In this document: in pieces, positions 44,144-55,441 of the stretch | Position numbering within the stretch: position 1 is the first letter of the stretch | Layout: each line of letters starts with the position of its first letter | NCBI GenBank assembly: GCA_000165345.1 | Contig: CM000435.1 | Coordinates: forward strand, 544,001-608,000 | Length of the DNA stretch: 64,000 bases | Direction of reading: 5' to 3' | Program-made: the position numbers and the translations under genes | The notes under the pieces: model-generated | Seen by the model: the letters and a program-made list of their open reading frames with translations, nothing else | The model's database searches: none | Told to the model about the DNA's origin: nothing

Positions 44144-44400
44144 TTATTCAAAGATAAACAAAAACTAAAGATTAAAACTTAATAAACGAAATCTTATTTT
44201 TTTTTTTTTAAATCAAGAGTATGTTCTCAATTTTATAAAAATAACTTAACAATCCCTAACCTAGTTTGAAAAAAGAAAAGATATGCCTGACCCAAGAAGT
44301 AATGTATCAATTTTATTCGCCAAATAAATTATAGGGAAATATTTTCAAAGGTAATTATGATCATGAATTGAAAAAAAAGATAATTGTTTAGAAATCCATA

Positions 44401-44986
44401 TCACGGCTCATCACACCACTTATTCTCTTCTCTTATTGCGGATTCCTCTTCTGGAGTGAAATCATTTTCTATATTAAATATTTGGCGTATTTCCTCAGCT
44501 TTTTTCCCTTTAATCATAGTTGCAACCTTAGCGCAAGATAGATCCAACAAAGGTTTAATATCCAGGTAATTCGCTGCCTAAGAAATAATAGCGATATTAA
44601 TATATTAGCCACTAACTTACCAACATAAGCTCAAACAAAAACTCCTGCTGAATATTTACAAACTCTTCATCCCACTCACATACTATGTTAGATAAACTAT
44701 TGCTTCTAAGTGGTTTTGGAATCTCTTTAGAGGGATTGTCAACGTGATATTCGCAATAGTCGAGCACTTTACGTAAAACATCTCCTCTTACATTTGGGAG
44801 TGGAACGGGGTCGTCAATGCCAACATCTGATATGTTAAATTATTAAAATTCGAAAATTTGTACCAAAAATTACAATTACATACCCTCGATTATATTCCTC
44901 ACTAATGTTGACGCCGTTGCAACACGTACATCAACTGCAAATTCTTCTCCTTCTGAGCTTAATAATCTTACCTTTGGAAAAATCAT
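44401..44986 (-). CDS. SKP1: SKP1 (SCF ubiquitin-ligase adaptor). The 3-exon model is complement(join(44401..44577,44621..44826,44884..44986)) and gives 161 aa.
   Basis: Absent from the ORF track. Exon 1 is [35 protein letters not shown]. Exon 2 is [28 protein letters not shown]...[19 protein letters not shown]. Exon 3 is [58 protein letters not shown]. This is a near-perfect colinear Skp1 match. The introns are 57 nt (GTATGT..CAG) and 43 nt (GTAAGT..TAG). Confidence 0.85.
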
Positions 44987-45174
44987 AATAAATAATTATT
45001 ATTAATTTAAATGGGATGAGCAATAAAAACGCGGTAAGTTACCTTTTTCGGGTATGTAGTTGAAAAGCCAACAAATATTGTGAAAAAAAGGAAATATAAC
45101 TTATCTATCGCTATTATTAAGAGTAGTCATATTTAATATTAATATAATAGATGGAATTATATAGAATAGCTAGT

Positions 45175-45909
45175 CTAAACATCTGAGTCATACACGGTTT
45201 TCCCGACGATCATATAAGATCTATCTGATAATCTAATTACTTCATTACCAAATCCGCATAACGCACCTACTATAACTCCAATTGTATAGCAATAATGTTT
45301 TTGCTTCATTAACGAGATGTTTACATAGTGAATCTGCTCGTGTGTGTCTTCAACAAGCCCAAATAGAAACCCAAAAATAATTCCAATAAATAATGAAGAG
45401 CAAATGACAAATATTATTTGAGCCTTTGAATTAACCAACAATGGACTGTCATTACTGGAAATAAAGCCAGAAATATAATTAACGGCATCTACAAGAGAAA
45501 ATGCAATAGCAAATGAAATAGAGAGGCCGAGAATGGTATAAATTGGTACTCTAATAATTGGTGTCATTCCAAGGAACCAATCATTTTCAAGAATAAAGCA
45601 GATAAAACCGGAAAATATGATCAGCGCAGCAAATGTTAATAGAGATGTTCGTTTATTTAAAGCGTTCTCTTCATCTGGAATAATTGTTACATATACCTTC
45701 CAAAATATCAGTCCTCCAATTATTACAAATAAGAGGCCAAAATATGTTGAGAAAAATGGCGATAAACTTATTTCAACCAGAGTTGCGTTGACAGTAGTTG
45801 AAACTACTAGGCCTAATAATATCCCCACAATTGTACTTATTATACCACGCTTAGAAAACGCCTCTTCATAGTTGAGGGATCCAAATGTTTCCATGATTGA
45901 AGATGCCAT
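45175..45909 (-). CDS. Hypothetical polytopic membrane protein (244 aa, about 6 TM helices)
   Basis: ATG-initiated ORF with regularly spaced hydrophobic helices. No family recognised. Confidence 0.45.
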   Translation of the reverse strand: MASSIMETFGSLNYEEAFSKRGIISTIVGILLGLVVSTTVNATLVEISLSPFFSTYFGLLFVIIGGLIFWKVYVTIIPDEENALNKRTSLLTFAALIIFSGFICFILENDWFLGMTPIIRVPIYTILGLSISFAIAFSLVDAVNYISGFISSNDSPLLVNSKAQIIFVICSSLFIGIIFGFLFGLVEDTHEQIHYVNISLMKQKHYCYTIGVIVGALCGFGNEVIRLSDRSYMIVGKTVYDSDV

Positions 45910-46961
45910 TATTCCAAAAATTATTTCGAATAACTTACATTAATGAACAGCTTAATTTTTAGTATATTGAGATGAGGGATGAGTAAGAAAAAAAACCTAT
46001 TTGGCGGTATACTAGTTTTAGGCAAAAAGGTAAGAATTGATGCTTGAAAGATTCGAAAAATCCTTAAACATGTGTTTTTAGAAGTTTATATCACGATAAT
46101 GTTGGCTAGATACTTGCTTAACATACAAATACATCTTATTTGAATTGCGTGCGTTTTTGAAACTAATTTTGAGAATAAATACAATTTAATAAAAGTTCCT
46201 AAATATCTGAAGTAACCATTATAATAAAATCTGAATCATTGCTTTCCGTTACTATGTTTAATTTATTTATTTTTAGAACGTAATTCTCATATATCAATAC
46301 TTTAGTTGTAGACAATGCATTCAATGTTTGATATATTCTCCCTATTTCAAAATATCTCAGTGGAAATATTTACTTCGTAAAACATTTTACAACAATTTGC
46401 TAATTTTTGACTTATTCAAAAAGTTCTCACTTTTAAAAAATCGCTTTATGTTATTTAAATAATTTATTAGAGCATAAGTCTTTTCCTGAGCTATATTTGA
46501 ACGCATTGATTGAATTTTAAATTACAAATGGCATTTCATGTTATGAACTGAAAAATGTAAGAAACAATAACTTCTCAGTATTAATCATAGCCACCAACAA
46601 AAAGAATGGAATGATTCTTCCAAGCACTGTTTCACTATACCGAACTGCAAGTTAAATGAACCTTCAAAGTAGACGTAGGCCCAGTAAATTTGTCCAGGAA
46701 AGTGACTAATAATAGCCATGATTAATTTCGAAACCAATACAGAGAACACCAAGAGTATCAAAGTAAAGCAAATACGTATAGAGAAAAAAAAAGTGACAAA
46801 TAAGATGTTAATTGCCTTGTATTTCTAGTACAATGTAATTGAGGATAAGGATAAGACGTCTCAGTACTTATCCAGTAGTCAATACTTTGTAGATGTATCC
46901 ACAATAAGTGGAAAAGCACATCTTGTCAAACTAAAAAAAAAATAAAGATGACTCATCGAAG

Positions 46962-47039
46962 TCATCGGGATCTTTGTCTCATCTTACGTCTCTTTCTTTG
47001 GAGACGACGAGTTCGCTTCTTCTTCCACTTCCATCGCAT
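46962..47039 (-). CDS. RPL41: 60S ribosomal protein L41 micro-gene (25 aa: [25 protein letters not shown])
   Basis: Found by translating the reverse strand of a GC-richer island inside a roughly 1-kb apparently empty spacer. It is near-identical to eukaryotic RPL41 ([25 protein letters not shown]). An in-frame ATG 14 codons upstream at 47081 (MGHGASRYKKARAK-) could extend it. The gene is below the ORF-track size cutoff. Confidence 0.7.
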   Translation of the reverse strand: [25 protein letters not shown]

Positions 47040-47377
47040 CTTGGCTCTAGCCTTCTTGTAACGGCTTGCTCCGTGACCCATTTTCTAAAGAATTCCCAAA
47101 CAACAAAGAATTCAAAGTAAAGTAAACTCGCTACCAAAGTTATAAATATACGTATAGTATTGCGGCATTATATTTTTTCTTATAGCAAATTATACATATA
47201 AATGACGCTATTGGCGTCTTAAAATGTTGCGCCATACTCTAAGACAAATAGTGCGGTTTCTCAAAGCTTCGTTACGAGTTAATGTACATAATGGTTTCAT
47301 GTAAGATGTTTAGGCGTTTTACATTATTTCAAATCCGATATGCGACCGGCAAACTCTAAAGACATACAGTTTTGAAT

Positions 47378-47995
47378 ATGAATCGGGTAAAACATCGAAT
47401 TTGTTGCGACATTTTGGAAAGAGAATTACCCTTGTTATTTTATAAAAATGCTTTATCATTTGAGAGTCGGCCCACTGAAAAAAGTTCTCCAGTCCAGTTG
47501 TGCTATCCTGATCTGAGTATGACTCTTGGATTTCACCCCTATAACTTTAACATATATCAATTAAATACTGATGCTGAAGATGAAGATGTTTTCGACCGTC
47601 CTTCAATAATTATTTCCACTGAATGTAAGGAGTTTAATAATATTAGAGAAGATGTCTATCGTTGGGGAGTTTTATACTTAATATGCACAGTCTTATTGCT
47701 TGTTTATATTTTGAAAATTATTATGGAGAGTCAGCTTAATATTAATCACTTTATCGGTATTAAAATTAATAAAACAGCATTCCACATTATATGCTTTTTG
47801 CTCTCGTTTTCTCCGCTATTAGCAGTTACTGAAGGGTGCCCGTTTTTCATGATTGTCTATAAAGCTTTATTCCCATCGATGCTTACCATTATATTTGTTT
47901 ATTTTTTAAATGAGGTGTGGGACATATTATTTGTATTTCTATTTTCAGTAGCTAGATTATCTATCTCGGCTATTCAATATAAAATGGTAAGTTAA
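47378..47995 (+). CDS. Hypothetical membrane protein (about 100-aa soluble N-terminus followed by 3 TM helices)
   Basis: The track start 47372 is a TTG; the first ATG is 47378. The CDS ends ...QYKM-V-S-stop, where ATG|GTAAGTTAA is also a perfect splice donor. A 3' micro-exon is therefore possible (see findings). Confidence 0.4.
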   Translation: MNRVKHRICCDILERELPLLFYKNALSFESRPTEKSSPVQLCYPDLSMTLGFHPYNFNIYQLNTDAEDEDVFDRPSIIISTECKEFNNIREDVYRWGVLYLICTVLLLVYILKIIMESQLNINHFIGIKINKTAFHIICFLLSFSPLLAVTEGCPFFMIVYKALFPSMLTIIFVYFLNEVWDILFVFLFSVARLSISAIQYKMVS

Positions 47996-48277
47996 CTATT
48001 TTCGTGATATCTAATGATGCAAAATACAATCCATGTCCTCTGAATCTTATTGAGGAATATTTTTCTTACCATCTTTCGGCTGAAGTGTTCACGAAATTTT
48101 AGACTATTTAACTATAAATAATCAGGTATCTCATGCATTCGTTCTAGATCTAAGTAACATTTGATTTTTTGCTTACATATTTTGTCTTTATATGATTCTA
48201 CTGTGTTTATAAATTATAGTTGATTAATTTACTAAAGTACACCATATCTAATGACTCTATTATCTATGAGGAGTAAT

Positions 48278-51200
48278 CTACCACTTTTGAGTGTTTAGTT
48301 TCCTAAATGGTGACGAATTGTTCTCCCTAGAAATTACTTCTTTCTTTTTATACAGGAAGTAGAAAACAGAAATTGAGAGAATAGCTAGGGAAATTAATAT
48401 AGAACATAAATGTTGGTTAACTTTCATTGGTCTTGAAAATATAAAATATTTTGATAGTGTGTCGCCTTGAGATTCTATTTTATTATTGTCTCTATCCTTG
48501 AAAATTATATTAATTAGGTGTTTTTGTCCATTGGAGTTAAATTCTAACAAAATAAAGAATGGTAAAATTGTATTCAAATCCGCAATAGAAGCTCTGGTGT
48601 CTCTGGTGATATTCACAATTTTTATTTCCCCCTGAAAACGATTTACAGTAAAATTAACCATATATTCATCTAATACTTGGCTTTTAATTTTGTAGGCGAC
48701 AAGTCTAGTATTTTCATATCCGAACCAAAATAAAATTTGTATCGGGAATTCAAAATAGTCTTTGGGGTTCAAAGGAACTATAATTTCAATATGGTGTGTA
48801 TCATCCAGCCAACCATGAGTAAATGTCGATTTGTTTGAAAAGAGTCGAGAACTTAGTGGTTCCATCAAAATTGGATGAAAGTGAACTGGTATAAACCTTT
48901 TTAACTTTCTTGAAGATTTAAATTGCATTTGAATAATAAAAGTAGTTTTGTTAATCTTTGGTAATATGTACATTGAATCTTGATCATAATAATTACTTAC
49001 AATTCCATTTTTTATTTTTGTAGATAGTTCACTACTTCTTGGAGCCATATTACAAGAAGGAAGTAAAAATGGGCTGTTAAGAATTGTTAAAGACCAAAAA
49101 GGAGTTGTGGTGTATATTTCTTTTAAAATTGGGTTATAGATTTCACAATTTATATTACTTATTGGAGAATTATAGTAAATATTGTTGAAAAATTTATTAA
49201 TAAAGTCGCCATCACTAAAATAAATAGAAAATGAAAATTGAGTATTTATATGCAACTTATCATACTTCTTGTTAACAATAATAAAATCATTTTCAGAAAA
49301 CTGGCCATTTAACGGTATTACTTTTAAGTTTATTTCTATTAGCTTTGATAAGCGCAGTTTAATATACTTTATTGAATTGCTCATTGGAATAACCAACAAC
49401 TCATTTTCTACCACTTTTACAGAATCATAACTTGATAATAATTCCCAAGTCGGAGCTACATCATATTCTGAAGTATTGTATTTCAAAGTGTTATTGTCGT
49501 TCCTATTCACATCAACCCAAATTAATCCATGATCATTCGAAATAATGGACGAATATTTCATCAAAACTACCCATAATTCAAAAGGATTAATTTTTTTATC
49601 AATGGATACGCATAATAATTGTTTATTTGAAGAAATATTTAAGTAGCTTGATAACTCTGATTGGATGCGTTCGCCACGAATAATAATAATAAGTGTCAAT
49701 GGAATATTCAGAATTTTTGAAAATTCCTCTTTAAGAAGAGATTCAATATCTTCAAGAAGCTTATTTACAACCACACAGAAGTTTAGTTTATCGGGAGTTG
49801 AATTTAATGCTTTCCATTTAATAGGGTTGAGGTGAAGCAAAGAACCTCCAAAGACCTCAAATTCATACTTTGTTATTTTATCTATAAAATTAATATTAGT
49901 TATATTTGATTCATTTACAAAAATATTATTTTCACTATGTTTAATACTGGCCTTAGAACTTAAACTAACACAAAAAGGTTGGGATCCAATGAATTTATTT
50001 GTATTTGAAAATATTTGAATTATGAAACATGAATCTCTATAATTTTCATAAAACTCATTTTTAGAGTCCGTTAGCTCCCATGATTTAATCTCTTCAATTA
50101 ATTTCAATGATTTAGTTTCTTTATTTTGATATAATAGTAATTGGCAGTTTGCATTCAAATTACTTTCTTCAAAAATTGCATCAATATATAAATTATCGTC
50201 TTCTTTTTTTATTAAGAATTCTTGAGTTATATTTTGAACTGGAATCAAATATAAATTAATTCCAAGACAATAATTTGGGTTTGGAAATAATCTGATACCC
50301 ATGGAATTAAAAAAAAATAATGAAAGTTTAATTGAATAGTCACCATATTTACTTAATTCTACAACAGTGAACTTCGGTTCAGATATAATTATAGGAGATA
50401 TAGTAACAAGACTTTCTGATCCCAATTTAAACCTATTTTCTTCATTGAAAATAACAACGCTTTTATTAGAGTTCCAAGTATCTATGTAAATTTGTTGCGA
50501 GTTATTCGCATATTCAATATCTAACTTGTTATTACTTTTAACTTCTACTTCCTTAGGTAGAATAATATAATATAGTGAGTCATTAATTATCCAAATTCCA
50601 TTTTCAACGGAATTAATTGCCTTAATAACACTAAGTTTTTGTGTTAATTCTAATTCAATATTCTTCTTATTGCCAAAACTGCAACTTAACCTTATATTCA
50701 AATAAGATGCTCCAATATTTATAGGGTGAATTAAAGCAATATAATCATGCATCGAAACATTACTATGCATATGGTCTTCAAAAAACGTATTATTCATCTT
50801 AAATCTGTCGATATAATTGAAGTCAATAAACCTTGATATACAGACTAGATCTGAATTTGGATTGCATTTATTATCTACAAAATTCTTTGAAATATTATTA
50901 AAACCATTCAAATTTTGGGAGATAGACCAATTAACTTTACATTTTGAAAACTCTGAAGGAAAATATTGGGAGTTGTGAAAGTTTAAAGTCTTATTTCTAT
51001 TACTATTCCAAGTTCTTATTGTATAAGCTTTTGGATACCCTAAATACAAATATTCAATTTCTGGTGAAAATAAGCTTATTTTGTCAGGAATATCAACATA
51101 AACATTAATTAGTTTAGAAAATATTAGTGCTTTAAAAATATTGGTGTTATTTTCATTAGTTAAAAAGCATTTTATTAATACTCTTTCTCTCCCTATTTCT

Positions 51201-54200
51201 CCGAGAGGTTCAATAACCAATTTTTTATTGTTTCTAATGAGTAAAATATCTTTATGGGCTTTGCTGTTTATTTTTTTTTCTAATTCGATATGCCAATCTA
51301 GTTTTAAACCTTTATATTTTGTAGGGCCACCCTTGAAACTAATGTGTAGTGGAGAACCGTATGGAAACAATGAAAACATATCTGTATTTGATTCAAGTTT
51401 AATTGATTCATATACTTTTAAGTTTAAAGAGTTTGAATATATATTTACACTGGAATTTGAATCCAATACTTTTGCAACTAATTCAATATCAATATTTTTT
51501 TTCTTTATCTCCATAATTTGGAATATTGTAGAGCTTAAATTTATTATTTCAATAGAAAAATCATTTAAGCTATTTTTTTTCTGTTTACTAAATTCTAATT
51601 CAGATTTACACGAAATGTTCTTTAATTTATAATCAATTTCAATTTTGAATTCAGTACTCTGCCAAGGTTCTAGAGCCATATCTTGTTCATTATACATTAT
51701 TACAACTAATATTGATCTTGAATTGTCATCAATTAGGCAATTTTCATTAATGCACGGCAAAGTGTTATCGATATTCTTATAATAGTCGACGTTATTGATA
51801 TATTCATAAATATTTTCAGAAATATACTTCCTAGGAACTTTAAAGTCATTTATAAAGCCAATATTTTGATCAGATACATTATAAGTAAAATAAATTGACC
51901 AAGGTAATAACTCACTTTCTTTATTCATATTCAAGTTGAATCTGTCCAACCAAACAAGATGCAATTTATTTAAATTACTAAATACCAATTTTTTCTTTAT
52001 TATATATTTTGGAAGAATCAATTGATCTTCAATATAGACATCTATTTTTTTGGTTTCATTTTCACCTCTTAAGAGTTGTTTTGAATCTAAGCAAAAAGGA
52101 AAAATATGTACTCTATTATGAAAATGATTAAATGAGTTGTTTTTAATTAAAAAGACGTCCTCTTCTTTCATCATATCATTACATAAACTATATTTTACTG
52201 CTGTTTTATCATCGAAAAAAATGTTAAAATTATTTGTTCCATATATTATTCCAAATTGGTGTTTGCCTTCGAGCAAATTCCATGATCCAATGGAGTTAAT
52301 TCCTTCATTCTCATCTTCAAATTGATGGTAATCCTCAAACTGCGCAGGCATATCCAACATTTGTGGAGAAATTAAGATAGGTGGCCTTGTAAAAATTCCC
52401 TTTGTAATAATGCTGAATCTATTCAAATTATCATCTAGATTATTTTCCTCGAAGTTTTCGTGGATGAACGCTTCAAATCTGATATTAACATCTTTCATAT
52501 AATATTCTGCTCCCAAGTGTATAGATACATCTATAATATTTTGATTAATCAGCTTATTTTCGTCCAAAAAATGTGTTGAGAATTCGCTAATATTTTCAAT
52601 TTCCCATTTTACTTTAAATCTGTTGAATGACAACAATAAGTTATTGTTCTTATCATATGCTAAAGAAATAAATCTATGTATTTTATTAGAATTGAAATGA
52701 AATATCATACAATCATCACTTCTCGTATTACATGTGTACTTTCCCATAATAGGAAACCGACTAACCCAAAACATATTAATATGGTCGATTGATTTACAAT
52801 GAACTTTTAACACAGACTCCATTCTATAAACTTCCGACTGGTATTCGTCGAAGATTGCCATTGTAAATTTAAAAAAACCAACCGCTAATTCGCCATTACA
52901 TTCCAATAAAAACTTGTTTGTTTCATCTAACTTAGAAATTCGAATTGAATTGTGATCATTAATTTCTTTTTGTGTACCAAAAAATTCTCTTTCCTCATTA
53001 TCTAACAACAAAAATAGTCTAAATTTATTAAATTCGATCAAACAATTTGTTTTGTTTTGATAGTCGTATAATCCACCTTGTATTAAAAGATTAATTTGAC
53101 TAGACTTCTCAATATAAAAATTATTTGAAGCAGTCTCTGATGATTCAAAATAACTCAGGACAATCTCATTTAATATAGGTACGAAAAAAATATCTTGAAA
53201 AATAAATATGGAAAGCCCAATATCGATAATTTTTCGTCTAATTGTTTTCGAGTTATAGTTAAATTCGATTCCAAATTCAATAAAGTTATCAAAAACCAAA
53301 TTTCCATGTTTCTTCAGCTCAATATTAATTTTTTGTCCATCTATATTCATTATTATGATATTAAAATCATAATTAGATGTAAGTTGGCTATAAGATACAA
53401 TTCCTAAATTATTCAAGATTAGCAGACAATCATTAATGCTCAAATCATTTGTATATTTTGTATTTGGTTGAAAGTCAAGTAGATTTGCCACCTTTACTAT
53501 TTCGCATGGATCATATAACTTTGTTATATCAAGAGTATCCAATTTATAAAATGAAAGATTATAATAAGATGGTTCAAATTGATTACCTAACAAATTATTG
53601 GAAACTCTTATAGGCTCAGCTTTGATTTCAACGGTTAACGAATTTTGTGATATTGAAGTATAAATGGTATTTTTATAAAGCTTTCCATTTAAAGAGGCCA
53701 TTTCTAAACTAAAACCATTAATATAAGAAACTAGAACAGGAATGTTTAAACCATAAACATTTTTAAGAGATTCGCAACTTAATTTATTTTTATTTTCATA
53801 GTATTGGCTTATTCCAATATCATATATAGTAACATTAAGTAATCCTGTATTATAGCCTGTCTTTAATAGTCCCGTGTGGAAATCAATCATTGCTATTGAC
53901 GGGTTGGATGAACAAAAAAAAAATGGTCCTTTTCCGCCTGTAATGTTTTCTCTTATATTGATTCTTTGTTCTCCAGGGTATAGAACAAGTGGTAGATTTG
54001 AAAAGAGAGTATCTATGTCTCTAACAATATTAATCTTTAACAGCGAGGTAATTTCTGTTAATTTGCCCTCCCCATTAGGTTTTGAATAGCTTGTGTCACC
54101 TATAGAGTCGAGAGTAACAACAAATTCGCTTAATCCCACTGAGTTACCTGTAATTTTTAAAAATCCACCAGTAGTTGAATTATTTTCATTATACTCAGTC

Positions 54201-55441
54201 TGGAATGGAGTAATATTTACCGAGTTACAACCTTTTTTGCAGATAAATCTGAATCTTGAGTTAATTGGAACGTGTAAGAACTCTCTCTTATAATTAAGCA
54301 ACTTTAATTGAAGAAAAATAACCTTATTCTCAGTAATCGTTAATTCGTTATTCTGCAAAGTTCGAACAAAAAAGCCGGACCTTTCAGCTAATTGTTCCCC
54401 TTCTATAAAATATAATTGAACAAATTCATCAAAATTAAAGTTATTTTGGGGAGGTAATAAACTAATGTCATCTTGAACAGCAAAAATAATTTCTTTAGGA
54501 AATGATATATATATTAAACTTGTGAAAAAACTTCCATCAACTCTTCTATCCATACAAGTAGTAGAAATGATTGATTCGGCTTCAATGTCATGATTGTTGT
54601 AATTTTCAACTATTATCTTATTGCCATCAAGTATTTGAGCTTGTGGTCCGATATTCCTGTCAATTTTACAATAATGAAATTCTTTTCTAAAAAAATTTGT
54701 AAAATCTGTTGTCCCTTCTTTCACTAAATGTATTGGATAAAGCGAACCAAATGGAGCCCTTCTGATGTATGGGATAATTTTAAATGGATCTTCTACATAT
54801 ATAGTAACTGATGAACCGATTAATGCATAATGCTCTTCAATAATTTTTACATGTACATTTACTGATCCAACTTTAGATCCAGTAACCAAAATTTGGCTTC
54901 CATAATTTTTCTCCGATATAATGTTATCATTTTCCAACTCCCAAACAATCCTTAGTTCATTCAATGATGTGAATGTGTTATTTTCACTGTCAAACCCAAT
55001 TGCATATAGGTTTTCAAGTGAGCCTAGCCTAATTCTTTTTGAACTGGTGCTGATTTTTATACTCTCAACTTTTGCAATGTGAATTTCACTACGTAAATTC
55101 TCTCCTGTATAAATATCCGATGCAATAACAGTAAAAACTCCTTTTAAGCGCATATGGTGCCATTTTGGATTTACATTAATAACATCCGTACAATTGTTCC
55201 CATACTCGTCGATTCTTACAACCGAGTGATTAACTCTTAAAAATTCATCTTCAAATTTCCAATTATGACAGCCATAACTTACTCTAATATCAATATTCGA
55301 CTTATTATTAAATGTCCAAGGTAAAAGTGCCAACGTAGGATCTATTTTATTTTTGGAATCAGAACTCACACATAAAAATGAGCTAATATAAAAAAAGATA
55401 ATCAAAAATAGTACAATATATTCCTTTTTAGGAAAGGCCAT
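48278..55441 (-). CDS. Giant type I transmembrane glycoprotein (2387 aa): signal peptide, about 2300-aa Cys/N-glycan-rich ectodomain, single TM, about 24-aa tail ending in Trp
   Basis: The N-terminus MAFPKKEYIVLFLIIFFYISSFLCVSSDS is a signal peptide. The C-terminus LCSILISLAILSISVFYFLYKKKEVISRENNSSPFRKLNTQKW is a TM plus a short basic tail. Many NxS/T sequons. The 7.2-kb ORF is uninterrupted. Confidence 0.6.
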   Translation of the reverse strand: MAFPKKEYIVLFLIIFFYISSFLCVSSDSKNKIDPTLALLPWTFNNKSNIDIRVSYGCHNWKFEDEFLRVNHSVVRIDEYGNNCTDVINVNPKWHHMRLKGVFTVIASDIYTGENLRSEIHIAKVESIKISTSSKRIRLGSLENLYAIGFDSENNTFTSLNELRIVWELENDNIISEKNYGSQILVTGSKVGSVNVHVKIIEEHYALIGSSVTIYVEDPFKIIPYIRRAPFGSLYPIHLVKEGTTDFTNFFRKEFHYCKIDRNIGPQAQILDGNKIIVENYNNHDIEAESIISTTCMDRRVDGSFFTSLIYISFPKEIIFAVQDDISLLPPQNNFNFDEFVQLYFIEGEQLAERSGFFVRTLQNNELTITENKVIFLQLKLLNYKREFLHVPINSRFRFICKKGCNSVNITPFQTEYNENNSTTGGFLKITGNSVGLSEFVVTLDSIGDTSYSKPNGEGKLTEITSLLKINIVRDIDTLFSNLPLVLYPGEQRINIRENITGGKGPFFFCSSNPSIAMIDFHTGLLKTGYNTGLLNVTIYDIGISQYYENKNKLSCESLKNVYGLNIPVLVSYINGFSLEMASLNGKLYKNTIYTSISQNSLTVEIKAEPIRVSNNLLGNQFEPSYYNLSFYKLDTLDITKLYDPCEIVKVANLLDFQPNTKYTNDLSINDCLLILNNLGIVSYSQLTSNYDFNIIIMNIDGQKINIELKKHGNLVFDNFIEFGIEFNYNSKTIRRKIIDIGLSIFIFQDIFFVPILNEIVLSYFESSETASNNFYIEKSSQINLLIQGGLYDYQNKTNCLIEFNKFRLFLLLDNEEREFFGTQKEINDHNSIRISKLDETNKFLLECNGELAVGFFKFTMAIFDEYQSEVYRMESVLKVHCKSIDHINMFWVSRFPIMGKYTCNTRSDDCMIFHFNSNKIHRFISLAYDKNNNLLLSFNRFKVKWEIENISEFSTHFLDENKLINQNIIDVSIHLGAEYYMKDVNIRFEAFIHENFEENNLDDNLNRFSIITKGIFTRPPILISPQMLDMPAQFEDYHQFEDENEGINSIGSWNLLEGKHQFGIIYGTNNFNIFFDDKTAVKYSLCNDMMKEEDVFLIKNNSFNHFHNRVHIFPFCLDSKQLLRGENETKKIDVYIEDQLILPKYIIKKKLVFSNLNKLHLVWLDRFNLNMNKESELLPWSIYFTYNVSDQNIGFINDFKVPRKYISENIYEYINNVDYYKNIDNTLPCINENCLIDDNSRSILVVIMYNEQDMALEPWQSTEFKIEIDYKLKNISCKSELEFSKQKKNSLNDFSIEIINLSSTIFQIMEIKKKNIDIELVAKVLDSNSSVNIYSNSLNLKVYESIKLESNTDMFSLFPYGSPLHISFKGGPTKYKGLKLDWHIELEKKINSKAHKDILLIRNNKKLVIEPLGEIGRERVLIKCFLTNENNTNIFKALIFSKLINVYVDIPDKISLFSPEIEYLYLGYPKAYTIRTWNSNRNKTLNFHNSQYFPSEFSKCKVNWSISQNLNGFNNISKNFVDNKCNPNSDLVCISRFIDFNYIDRFKMNNTFFEDHMHSNVSMHDYIALIHPINIGASYLNIRLSCSFGNKKNIELELTQKLSVIKAINSVENGIWIINDSLYYIILPKEVEVKSNNKLDIEYANNSQQIYIDTWNSNKSVVIFNEENRFKLGSESLVTISPIIISEPKFTVVELSKYGDYSIKLSLFFFNSMGIRLFPNPNYCLGINLYLIPVQNITQEFLIKKEDDNLYIDAIFEESNLNANCQLLLYQNKETKSLKLIEEIKSWELTDSKNEFYENYRDSCFIIQIFSNTNKFIGSQPFCVSLSSKASIKHSENNIFVNESNITNINFIDKITKYEFEVFGGSLLHLNPIKWKALNSTPDKLNFCVVVNKLLEDIESLLKEEFSKILNIPLTLIIIIRGERIQSELSSYLNISSNKQLLCVSIDKKINPFELWVVLMKYSSIISNDHGLIWVDVNRNDNNTLKYNTSEYDVAPTWELLSSYDSVKVVENELLVIPMSNSIKYIKLRLSKLIEINLKVIPLNGQFSENDFIIVNKKYDKLHINTQFSFSIYFSDGDFINKFFNNIYYNSPISNINCEIYNPILKEIYTTTPFWSLTILNSPFLLPSCNMAPRSSELSTKIKNGIVSNYYDQDSMYILPKINKTTFIIQMQFKSSRKLKRFIPVHFHPILMEPLSSRLFSNKSTFTHGWLDDTHHIEIIVPLNPKDYFEFPIQILFWFGYENTRLVAYKIKSQVLDEYMVNFTVNRFQGEIKIVNITRDTRASIADLNTILPFFILLEFNSNGQKHLINIIFKDRDNNKIESQGDTLSKYFIFSRPMKVNQHLCSILISLAILSISVFYFLYKKKEVISRENNSSPFRKLNTQKW

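Noticed and set aside
44384-44569. 61-aa + ORF
   Set aside because: Antisense to SKP1 exon 3, so it is an artefact.
45617-45871. 84-aa + ORF
   Set aside because: Antisense inside the 45175..45909 membrane-protein gene.
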